Assembly (NCBI GenBank): GCA_965645245.1
Contig: OZ287081.1
Coordinates: 682,001 to 746,000, forward strand
Direction of reading: 5' to 3'
Length of the DNA stretch: 64,000 bases
Source: Massalongia carnosa
Taxonomy: Eukaryota
Under the pieces are notes generated by a model. The model was not told the DNA's origin, ran no database searches, and was given only the letters and a program-made list of their open reading frames with translations. The translations under genes were made by a program, and so were the position numbers. Shown piece by piece: positions 1 through 11,193 of this stretch; position 1 is the stretch's first letter, and each line of letters begins with the position of its first letter.

Positions 1-1132
1 GTTGATCATCATCTCTTTCAATCCTTCATTCCATCCCTCTTCCCATCCCCCCTGCTCTCCAACCATCACTTCGACTCACCTACTCCTACTAACCCCCTAA
101 ACACATCCAGCATTCGCGAGTTCTCCCCCCTCACCCTCCCGATCCTGATGCTGGATAAACACAACAATTCAATCGTGCGGACGCTCGAGGAGGTACGTTT
201 GGTTTTTCTTCTCCGGGTTGGTCTTCGGGTTTCGGTTTCGTCTTTACGCATACTTTCTTCATTCGCTTTGCTCTTCTATAAACTACGCATCATCATCAAC
301 CCTCTTCTCATCCTCTTCTTCTTCCTCCTCCTCCTCACCTACCCCCCCTACCCCAACACCACCACGCCCCCCCTTCTCCCCAATAAAGGTTCGCTAATTA
401 ACACTTACCCCCTTCTCTACAAAATAAACAGCTTCTACCAATGAGTTTCGGACCTGCGGATCTAAGCGACGGAGAAATGAGGCGGGAAGGGGGGAAGGGA
501 AGAATTGGGTAAGGAAGATTCAAGTAAGGGTGGGGGTAAGGGTTTTACCATACTTACTCCAAATCATTTTTCCAAAAAACCAAACCTTTCCGAATAAACA
601 GATACGGTAAGCAGCCGCATAGAAGGATCGACGTATCCATCCATCTAGCTATCCGGCTAGTTAGTTAGTTAGTTAGATAGCTAGACCGGATACCAGAAAC
701 CAACCAGCCCCCTACTAGACAAAAGAAAATTATGCATGGAGTGGAAGAAGAAAACATACACGTTCCAGAAAGGGGGGGAGGGAGACGGGTACCAGCCTGT
801 GGTTTTGCGGTAGGGTTCTGGGGGGAACGATGGGTTGTGGTTGATAAAAACATAACAGGTAGGTGAGAATTTTGGTTTGGGGGGTTTCCGGAGCAAAACC
901 CCTGGTACGGGTGAGGCGATTTGGGTTTGGGGTCGGGAACGGGGAAGAGAGAAGGGGGCCGGTTTGGTAGCGTGGTGGAACGGAGCGTCCTGACTCGGGA
1001 TTTGTTGATGCTAATATTGCCCAAAAGACAATTTTTTTCTCCAAGAAAGCTATCTCTAAAATTAACGCCTTAAAATCGGATAAGTACTCCACCACTCTAT
1101 ATAGTGTTGTCCGTCGAATCCTGGCCTAGATG

Positions 1133-2206
1133 TTACCCGTAAGCCCCCCGTAAGCCCTCATAAATCGTGAATATAAACGCCGAGCTTGGCGCTGCCCGTG
1201 CGACCGTGATTCCGCAGCCACGATACAGGCCCCTTACCCCCTGTTGCTGCCACAGGGAGACCCCGCTGGCCCAGAATGTTTGCCTTCCCATCACGCCGCC
1301 GCCGCCGCCACCGTTTCCAGCGACAGAGTCGGTCTGCATGCGCGACTTGATAGTGTCGGCGGGAAAGAAGCTAAAGTTATAAGCCACGCCTGCGGTGGCG
1401 CCGGCGAGCATTTGCTGCCAGATGCGGAGAGGAGGGGGGGGCGACTGAGGCTGAGATGGGGAGGGGTCGGCACGGAGGTTGCGGGTGAGAAAGAGGCCGG
1501 AGACGCCTTCGTAGGCTCCAAACCAGATGGCACAGCCGCCTGATTCGCGGATCAAGGTTCCTAGCTGACCGTGCCAGAATCCTAGAAGGCCGTGGTGTTT
1601 GAAGATAGAGACGATGATGTTGAGGGGCTTGGGGGCTTGATGTGGAGTCGAGGACGCGGAAAGGGGGATCTGCATTTGACATTTTAGGAGCTCAATTGGC
1701 GTGAGAATAAGCGAGGTGAAGGCTCCGCTGGCGGCTCCACAGGTTACAAGAGCTGGTAACGGGAGGGGTGGGGCTGTTGTGTCGGCGGATTGAATTGGGA
1801 ATGCGGACTTCCAAAGGGTTTGCGCGATGCGGTAACTGAAGAATAGACTGCCAACTTCAACTGCAGCGCCAACTAAGGGAGCACTTAGGCCGCGGTAGAG
1901 CCCTCGAATACCTTCTTCATGAAGGGATTGTCGGAAGCAGTCCACAGGGCCGGCGTAGCGGAGTGGGGGGCGGTCTGGTTGGGATTGGAGGCGCACTTTG
2001 ACGGTATCGAAGGGGTATTCCACGATTTTGCCGGCTACTCCGGCAATCTAGACGAGCGGTGGGTAAGCTGGAGATATTTCCAAAGAGAGATGGTTACGCA
2101 CTGATCCAAATACTATATCTTTGAGCGCTTCTTTGCCTTGGGCTTCCGGTAGCTCGGTCGGCTGGACAACATCGTTCTTGATGATTACGGTGTCAGTCAT
2201 CGACAT
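1133..2206 (-). CDS. ORT1: Mitochondrial carrier family protein, probable ornithine/amino-acid carrier (ORT1/arg-13-like); 2 exons (2206-2102, 2047-1133)
   Basis: Three Px[D/E]xx[K/R] carrier motifs (PFDTVKVRLQ, PIELLKCQMQ, PADTIKSRMQ). Upstream exon MSMTDTVIIKNDVVQPTELPEAQGKEALKDIVFGS joins in frame through a GTGCGT..TAG intron at 2101-2048. The substrate is inferred from family resemblance. Confidence 0.85.
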
Positions 2207-2354
2207 GCAATGTATGAGCTATCCCGATGATTATCGCGACACGAGTTGGCCGTTCTGAGGAGAAAGAACGGCCGGTTAGTCATCTTTTACAGTCATGATT
2301 CTTGCGGTGAAGCTCAAAAGTGAAACTGTGGGGAAATCTAGAGCGAAGATAGAA

Positions 2355-2399
2355 TCTTATCTTATCTCCGCGAAAGTAGTTCTTATCTTATCTTATCTT
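2355..2399 (-). promoter_or_regulatory. Cluster of five tandem GATAAG elements in the carrier/CGR1 divergent promoter
   Basis: TCTTATCTTATCT (2355-2367) and TCTTATCTTATCTTATCTT (2381-2399) on the + strand. Confidence 0.55.
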
Positions 2400-2488
2400 C
2401 GATTTTAAATGCTGCCCACATCATTAGCCTTAACTATCGTAGCATAGAACGGTACCCACACAACTCGATCACAATTTGATCAGTCACC

Positions 2489-2965
2489 ATGACCGAGGTG
2501 AGTCCGTTAGTAGCAGCGCCTCTGTCGGCGTTGACAGCATCGAGTATCCGCAAAAACGGTGTGATTAAACTCGTCTTCCCAATTTTCTCACAATACACAT
2601 CTAAACCCTAAACCAGGAAAACACTGGCACGCGCAAAAGACAGCCTTTCGACCAAAGGCCGGTCAGGCATCCTACAGCAAGCGGGTCGAAGAACGAAAAG
2701 CGACGGAAGCTATGAAAGCCAAGGAGAAAGAAATGAAGGATGAGAAAGAGGCTGCACGACAGGTAACTAGCTTCGCATACCCCCAATTGCTTTGAGTTGA
2801 GACACTGATTCAAGTATTCTGTAGCTCCGGATAGATATTATTAAAAATAGAAGAGCCGTCAAGGAGGAGAAAGCGCGGTATGAGAAGATGGCGGAGACGA
2901 TGCATAAGAAGCGCGTGGAGCGGTTAAAGAGGAGGGAGAAGAGAAACAAACTGTTGAAATCTTAG
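2489..2965 (+). CDS. CGR1: rRNA-processing protein CGR1; 3 exons
   Basis: Spliced translation reads ...[99 protein letters not shown], matching the Cgr1 family. Two canonical introns. Confidence 0.9.
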
Positions 2966-3324
2966 CGATGGTTCATTTGTGGGGAGAGATGTTTGAGCTG
3001 GGTGAATGGAGTTTTAAAATGGCATAGCTGGAGTACGGTGCGTGCACATATTTGTGGAGTGATACGTCTGAATGAAAACCCTTGAGTTACGGTACACAGA
3101 GTAAGAACTATGCAATTTACTCGAAATTCATTTGATATTCACTTTAGCTAGTTGAATAAAATTTAAACATCTATATCGTGACTACAGTTTCTTATAGCTA
3201 TTCTCGTTCCCCGCAAACCGTCTAAGCTTCCACCCCCCTTTTCACCTTAAAAACTGCCAGCTCCCCACCATCTCAGCTACCGCAGCCACGTTGAATATCG
3301 TCAACCAACTTCTCAACTCAAGAA

Positions 3325-4569
3325 ATGTCCCGCCCTCTCCCCATCCTCCCCCCCTCCTCCGGCGTCTCCTCCCCCTCCCCGCTCAAACCCACCTCCCGCG
3401 CCACTACCGCCCCTGCCCCAAAAACCCGCCACCACATCCACCGCCTTCACCACCACAACCGCCATCACCACCAGCACAATTCTTCCCGCATTCCGCAGTC
3501 GGCAATCCAGCCCGCAACGGGTAATCTCTTCGGCGATGCACCGCAGCATCCACTGTCGAAAACGAGCAGCTGGAATGACGCGCGGGCGGGCTCTACGCAG
3601 CAGCTACTAGAGAAAGCAAAGGAAATGGAGAAAGAGGAAGGGAGGAGGGCGAGGGAGGAAGCGGAGACGAAATGGAAGCTTGTGAGGGGGAAGAAGGAGG
3701 GGAGGAGGAGGGTAGAGGAGTAAGTTTCTTTCATCTCTTCTTCTATTTCTTCCACCGCTATCACAGCTCCTCCAGTTGGTACTATACTTCTCGATCTCCC
3801 CCTCCACCCACTCTCCCGTCCTACCTTTGCCAGCTAATCTAAAAACCCCTTGAGACATCTCCGCCACACCCTCCTCACGCTACAAACGCTCTCTACAACG
3901 ACGACCCGCCGCCTCGACTACACCTACTACTCTCTCCTCGAGCACATCTCCGCCATCACCTCCCTCACCTCCCTCCTCTCGACCCTAGCCACAAACACAT
4001 CCACCCACACCGCCCACTTCGGCACCAGCACTAGTTCCCTCGCCTCCTCCTTCGCCGTTCAAATCGCCGCCTTCGACAGCACCTCCCAGGCTCAAACGAC
4101 GCGGATAAGGGCCCTGGAGCGGAGGCTGGGAGAAGGGAGGGAGCAGGTTAGTAAACTCAGGGCGAGGGTGGCGAGGGTGAGGGAGCAGGTTGAGGGGTGG
4201 GAGAGGGAGGAGAGGGAGGGGCAGGGGAGGATAAGGAGACGGTTGAGGGTTCTGTTGGGGGTGGTGGGGGTTTTGGTAGGGGTATGGGTGCTGATTATGG
4301 TGGTGAGGAGTTGGCCGCGGGAGGGGGTGGAGGTCGGGATGATGAGAAGGGTTGGGGGAAATGGGAGTATAGAGGGAGGTGCAGGCGTTCATGTTGTCGA
4401 GGCTACGACCCGAGAGGAGTGGAGCATCCCAAGCTCGTTGCGGGGAACGCTGTCTACGACTACAGCGACGTCGGCTATGGCGAGTGTGCCGCCAACCAGA
4501 GAGCGTGGTAATCGCATGCAGTCACCTGACGGGGAAGATCCTCGCCTGCGGCTTTTCGACGAGCTCTAA
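3325..4569 (+). CDS. Conserved fungal hypothetical protein with coiled coil, one TM helix and C-terminal FDEL; 2 exons (intron about 3720-3854)
   Basis: ORFs 3325-3723 and 3850-4569 join in frame via a GTAAGT donor (3720), CTAAT branch (3834) and acceptor at 3854. Contains TRRLDYTYYSLLE, a hydrophobic stretch VLLGVVGVLVGVWVLIMVV, and ends RLFDEL. Confidence 0.75.
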
Positions 4570-5556
4570 GGTGAGCAGGTTCGGCGAAATGTATTTTCGC
4601 TGATGTTGATGCATAGGGGGGGAGAGGAAACTGGGGGGAACCTTTGAGCAGCTGTGCATGCAGGCTGATATGTGAACAGAGCATCAGTGAACGAAAGCGA
4701 TTTCTCCCCACCTAGGAAAAGAAGGAACTAAGCAATCAAGCAAGCAAGTAAACAGAAATAAATTCTGCAATCTTGGGAAAGTTGCTAATTGCTAACTAGA
4801 CGCTGAAGATTGAAACGCGAACCGAACCGAACCGAACATTGAGCTCATCCGTTCCGTCAATTTCACAACTATCAAACGCTCAGCCCGATAGGTCCGTCTT
4901 TCATCCATCAGATATCAGCATGTCCCTCTTCCTCTTACTACAAGGTTCCCTCCCCTCCCCCCGGAGCTTCCCTTCTTCAGCCCGACTCACTCCATGCTCT
5001 TTCCTCCCTCCCTTCTCCAGCTCTTTCTATAATGTCAAGCAGGCAAGTGAGGGAGGGAAGGAAGGATGGGGTGCACGGTAAAGAAACGTAAAGGTCACTT
5101 ATTTTCGAACCGATTTTCTCGGGATCAAGACTTGGTACGATTCAGTTTTTGGTGCGCAGTGAAAGTTGGGGTATAAAGGATTTGGGGGGGCGGGAGAGAT
5201 GGAAGGGATTGACAGAATAATGCCCGCAAAACACTCAGTCTCGTGACAGTTCTCGCATTGTCAAGCGTTGTGGTGCAAGTTGCGGACAATAAATTCAGCT
5301 AGCTCTTTGTAGTGATAGCATATTGCTGACTTCAATAATTCCTGTATAGTATCCAGAAATGCGGGGCTTTGTTTGGGTTAAGGAGAGTTGCGAAGGAGTC
5401 GTGAAAGGGGTATATATATGTCGATGATGGTCAATAGCTGCAAAAGTTCTCTAGCTCTTACAATATACAGATGCCAACTTCGTCTTCCAGCAAGCTTTGT
5501 CGGCCCAAGTTTGGTGGTGGAGTTGAAACAGCGATCCACCTGAATAAAATTTCGGG

Positions 5557-7786
5557 CTAGGTCCCACCAAAGACATCATAGAAGTAATCCTCATCTAAAC
5601 CTTCCCGAGTCGGGATTTCCGGTTCCTCACCAGAAAACGCGGCATCGTCGAATCTAACATTGAGGAGGCGAATCTTTAAACCATAATTGCTTACTAGGCT
5701 GATCAGGGTGTTGGTCTCGGTGGTGATGGGCTGTTGATTCAGTAACATCAACAGTCCATCCAGCCATTCTGAAGCCAAACTATGGGACTGAGGATACAGT
5801 ATCAGAAGTACGACTTCTTTTCGGGTATTGTTTGACTTGCTAGAGTTCGTGCGAGTATGTTGCTGTGAGGTATCCGATGAGGATATGGCTGGGGAAACAT
5901 ATCCATGGATGGTTATCTTGGTGGAAGACGATGGTTGCGGGAGCGTTTTGAGGGTGGATGTAGAGGAGCCCGAGTCTGAACTAGAAGAGATATTTGAAGC
6001 AACAGAAGATACCATGGAAAGGTCAACTATTGGGTGATTAGCATAAGCCGAGGATATCAGGGGCAAGAATCTACTTTTTTCATGCAAAGATTCCAACCCA
6101 GGCTCAGACGCACTCTTGGAATCAAAGTCTGCAAAATGGAGATAGCGTCGATTGTGAGAAAGTTTTGCAAAACGGTAAGAGGACGGAACGGATCTTTTGA
6201 GATCTTGCTTCGTTACTGGACCACCCTCGCCTCTGTAGCCAAGACCATTGGGGAACCACGCTCCCTGCAACAGGCATCGTATCCGCTGCTCTTTGACAAA
6301 CTGTAATGCTTCATGGCTCAGCTCATCCCGCACCTGGCGAAGATGGTGGCCCCAAATGTCTTCATAGGTGAGCTCGAGGAGCTCCATTTGCAACTGCCTT
6401 AGTTTCTGATACTCGAATCCTTCAATCTCATCTTCCACTTCATGAACGTCCTTCGTACGAGTTGCACCCCCTACAACCGCCTCCAGCAGGATCCGGACCA
6501 ACTCGACCACCTTAGCGAAGTCCCCTGATTCGGCACCTGTAGCAGCCCAGAGCCGGAAGAAAGCTTTCAGTCCTGATATGTGTAACCGTGACCATTGTAG
6601 TATCAATGGCTTGAACACCTTCTCAAATCCTGACCTTGTCTCTAGGGCCAGGTAACTTTTTGCATCGTCAAGATCAGATTTGTCTACCTCAAAATGTTCA
6701 TAGAGTATTTCAGTCACTGCTAGACTAGCTCTTGCGATAGGACACCTCTGTTCAAACGCTTTTGTAGATTGTTCGAGGAGCAATTTCTGAAAGCTATCCT
6801 CATGCTTTCTCACGTAGTCTGTCAAATCCATCATGCCCAGATAGCCCACCTCTTCGAATTCCCAGGCTGGACCTTCAGATTCAAAGCCCAATCGCCTCCA
6901 TTTTTCAGGATTATGTCTCTTCTTCGTGTCATCCTCCCCATTCTCCAATGGTTCTTGAGGCCTCTCGGGATTACTTGCTAAATGTAGAGCTTTCAGTGCC
7001 CGTCGATGCTCTGGCTTTCCCAGATCAACGAGAACCTCTTTCCACTTGCGGAGCAGTGCTTTAGATAACGCTTGGAATTCTAGGAGAGGATACGCCAAAT
7101 CCTGCAGCGCCGTGCTTTGCATCAATGCATAAACGGCTGTAATCACACCTAGATCCTGCAGCCTCTTGATGAATTTAGGCCAGTCTGTCTCAGAATCATT
7201 CGTGATGGCTTCTCGCATTAACGAGTTGATGAGTTGCAACGCATTCGCACATAAGGCGTGATCAGCCGAGGAGAGTCTACTGACGAGCATCTCGAGAAAT
7301 TTAGGATATACGGAGATGGCCGGTTTCAAAGCGCGAAAGCCAAAAGCGTCTGATTCTAATGGTTTGTCAGAGGCATTGAATGGATAAGAAACAATGGAAA
7401 CAAGGATTGACATAGCACCACGAAGTATGTTGACCAGAGGATGTGTAACGACGAGCTCTACAACCTACATACGTACACTGTGTTAGCTGTTTCATCGTAA
7501 GTAGCCAAGACACGCCCACCCTCTCGACCAACTGCTGGTTAACATAATCCCAGCCCTTGTCTACTTCCAAAAGGCGCGAAAAAGAGGTCAGACTATAGGC
7601 AAGAGTGTTGCCAGTAGCACGTAGTGTGAGATTTCGTAGTTTTGTTAAGCCTCCTTCTGATATGAAGACGTCGGCAAAAGAAGGGTCACCAATGTTAGAC
7701 TGTAGTTTGAACACGGCCATCTTCCGCACAGCATCTTCATCACTTCCCAGACGTTCAACAAGCTCTGGGATATTGATGCTCTCCAT
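5557..7786 (-). CDS. ELMO/CED-12 family protein with N-terminal armadillo-like region and C-terminal PH domain; introns 7519-7465 and 6074-6027
   Basis: ELMO-domain motifs (KWRRLGFESEGP, GYLGMMDLTDYV, CPIARASLAVT) and a PH-like region (EQRIRCLLQGAWF...LSHNRRYLHF...WLDGLLMLL). Canonical splice sites join the two long ORFs. Confidence 0.9.
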
Positions 7787-10700
7787 ACTGGTCTGGATAA
7801 GTGGTAAGTCCTTGTACGCTCAAACACTTGCTCTCATCGTCATCAACGGCGCCCAATGCGTTGCAGATAAACCAATCACCATATCACCAAGCGATATAGA
7901 GGATATAGGTCAAAGCTTGTCGGCTTGTCGGCTTGCGGCTTGCGGCTAACGCGTTTACTAGTGAAATAACTTTTTATGTAGGGCTTATCCGGCAGTTCCT
8001 TAGACGTTGGTTGCCCGCTTTTACGCCACCCCTGGGTCTAATTAATTGTTTCGCTTGCAAAGGCTTCTTTGTGTATAGAGTATATGAACAACTCTTACTA
8101 CATAACTTATACCAATAATCGGATTATATGTAAAAGTGTCTAAGAAGCCAATAACGACGGAACGTGATTCACGGTTTCAAAGCCATAATTAATTGTAAGT
8201 GCCTCTATCAATAGGAACATGCATACAATTGCCTGGACTCTAAGCCTATATCTCAAATACAGAGGACAAACGTTCTCGAGTGCGGCAACTCTAGCTATCC
8301 GGCATGTTCGTGCGAGAACGCCAAGCTTGAGGCATTTGCTCAAAAACCTGATTGTTTTGGAAAGGCCATGCAAGGTTGTGATCCCAAACCCAGGCAAAAC
8401 ATGGGGAATTAGAAGCTAGATGATTGATTCGATGATCCTACGGCAAGGGTTGGCCACAAGGGTTCCATCAAGCGATCAAATCAGGATCCTACAACACACT
8501 CAAGTTCTATGTTGTGAACTATGCGTAATTGGCATGTCAATCGGATTATTCCGACGCATGCATCACCGTTGCATACGCTTAGACGGAATCTAGCTCCGCC
8601 TCAAGCAAGATCGGATCACAACTTCAGATAATGAAATATAGAATATGGTCGACCATTTTGATGCGCGAATAAATAGTCCGACAAAGCCTCAAGCAACGCG
8701 CTTATGCAGCGCTGGCCAGATTCTGCAGTTTTCTTGGTCACAACTTTGCAAGCATGATTGGAGTTTTAACGCGATCACGACGTTTGCCATATTCTCCATG
8801 GATAATGTTTTCAAGACATCGATTTGTTTGGGAGTAGCGATCGCGCTTAAATGAGTGATTCCCTTTCGTAGTTTCAACAAACTGGTGTCTATCGGCCTAG
8901 ACTAATATACAGAAGACATGCAGATAAGGGCTGGTGGGAAATGAACTGGACGTTCTGTATGGCCCACAAGAACTCCATTGAGAGACCTGGGAAAAGTCTT
9001 CTCAAGATTTGTCTGGTGCGCAAGCGAAGGTACCTGCAGGTCCATGAAATGGTATGTGAGGGAGGATGGTATGGAACAAAGCCAACCACGATCATGCAGC
9101 CAGTATCCATCACGATAAGCCATCACCACGTACTAGTACCAGGCTGCTTGCAGGAAAAGGTTCAATAAGACAAATATAGTGATAGCATCGAGTTCGAAGG
9201 GCTGTCAGCCGCATGGCAAGTGCCTCTGCTTGAAAAGGTGAAAGGCTGCTTGTCCCTCTCTAATCCTTACGTTGAGGCGGGGCTCTCTTGAGCAGATACG
9301 GAGAAGTAGGCGCCGTTATTGTTTTAAGGTCTGTGCGGGTTGCCGATCAGCCGGTATCCATCCAACTGTCGGGGATTTATCAGCGGTTTCAGGCGTCTGC
9401 GTCACAGTTGTTGCGACGCTGCAGAGCATCGAGGTGATCTGTTCATTGTTTCGTGATGTATCGATGGAATTTTTTGCTGATTGCCGAATCGAAGATCAAC
9501 TTCAAACACGTTTAACGGAATCAACGGAACTCTACATAACTATGCAGAGTATAGCTGCCATCTGTTCGTTCGTCATGTCAACTTACTAAAGTATTTGTTC
9601 CGTAGGTTCATGTCCGATGGCATGCTCCGCAACCAAGCCCCTAATAAGGAGCGATGGTACTAGGGGTTTAGGGGCCTAGTGATAAGGAAAGAGCGAGAAC
9701 TTAAAATATTTTGGCCACCTAGGTTTAAGAGTTTCAAAGGTGAGGTATTGAATATTGTGTTCCTGAATGAGAGTGAAAACATCTGTGCACCCGTTACAAT
9801 AATTTAGTTAGTCTCACCGCCATCCGTCCACCGCCGTCCCCTTCGGTCTGATAAAGAAAACTGATGATAACCTAAATGAAAATCTATCTTCTAGCCGCAG
9901 CACGGCAAGTCTGGGGAAAGGTATCATTATAAGAACGATAGGTTGTCAAGGTTTGAGTTGGCGAAAACTTGCCATGGTTTGATAAGAAAAATGGGGCCTT
10001 GCGTTTTTGACTGGACCGAATCCTAAAATCATCGGTGTGTACACAGTACATACTCCGTAGAATCCGGGAAGACCCTTGCGATAGATTCCAAGGATGGAGC
10101 TTATCGTTCGTCGACGTGAGCAGGCGACCGAGGAAGTGTCAAGGCCAGAGTGACGAATGTTAACATCGCTCGTATTTGGATTGATCAATGGGAATTCTCT
10201 CGGATGACCGACAAAAGGTATACACAGAGGTAGAGTGTTAGGAGTTAGCACCTTGGAATGTAGTCCTCTGTCGGTACGCTTGGTAGGTACTCTGTACGCC
10301 CTGAAGACGGAAGAACGTTGCAGAAAATGCTGGTATGCGCATAACATAGTAGGAGAGAAGAGGCAGATTGTCCAGATACAGAGTACTTCGTATGTACTTT
10401 GTACTCTGTATAAGTCTACACTACTCCCACTTCGAAAGACATACTAACGAATCCTTTCGCCGAGCGTTGTGGCGTTGCTGCATGCTAACTTAGTGAAAAG
10501 CCATTGGATGCACGTTTTGCCCAGCATAGGTATTCTGGATTGGAATAGGTACAAGGACTCGACGTCAAAACGGTTAAATTTGCAAAATGTAACTCAGTGT
10601 ATGTAGAGCGGAATCTGGCGTGATTCGACTGTCCCTATGCAGGCAATCGTCCTTTAACTTACTGCACACATCCACCCATAGCCTCTCGCCGAGTCCTCCA

Positions 10701-11059
10701 AGCCCGTCCAACACGGTTCCTTCCACCAATTCGTCGGGTCCTTTTCGGTCGCACAAACTTCCCCACATCTTCGATAAGCCTTACATCAACCTGCAGCAAA
10801 GGCCGCGCTTGGATACCAAGTCTTCTGGAAAACCGTCACTTATTTCATCACAAACGCCAATTGAACATTTCTGTTCGCACTCTTACTTTTATAATAATAC
10901 TTCGACCTCTTACTCATCGTGCAAATAAATATTACCCATCCTCGGAATTACTCCTCTCTAGTCCGAACACATTCTCCTCCCCGCAACAACTTCCTGCTTT
11001 GCTCGAGTCGTTTGGCAATCTGACTTCTATCAACATCATTTTAGACGTCTAAAGAACCC

Positions 11060-11134
11060 ATGAAGGTGCTGTTGTACTTAATTCAGTGCTTACGCCTGAT
11101 GCTGGGTGAATCTGGGGGTGGAGGGAGCGTCTAA
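11060..11134 (+). promoter_or_regulatory. Putative 24-aa uORF ahead of the REG1-like gene
   Basis: ATG 11060 to TAA 11134 (MKVLLYLIQCLRLMLGESGGGGSV*). It follows about 420 nt with no ATG and ends 59 nt before the main ATG. Confidence 0.45.
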
Positions 11135-11193
11135 AGGCCGTGAATTCTGCGATAATCCAATCTACGTCGTCGCGAGCGGATCCCTCTCCAACC

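Noticed and set aside
644..685. 10-bp inverted repeat TCTAGCTATC/GATAGCTAGA around a TTAG microsatellite
   Set aside because: Too short and low in complexity to call a MITE or structured RNA.
1..1095. Protein-like - strand frames (poly-Glu, Pro-rich ORFs) suggesting a gene or pseudogene
   Set aside because: Stop density is about what chance gives, there is no recognisable domain, and the composition is explained by the local C/G skew.
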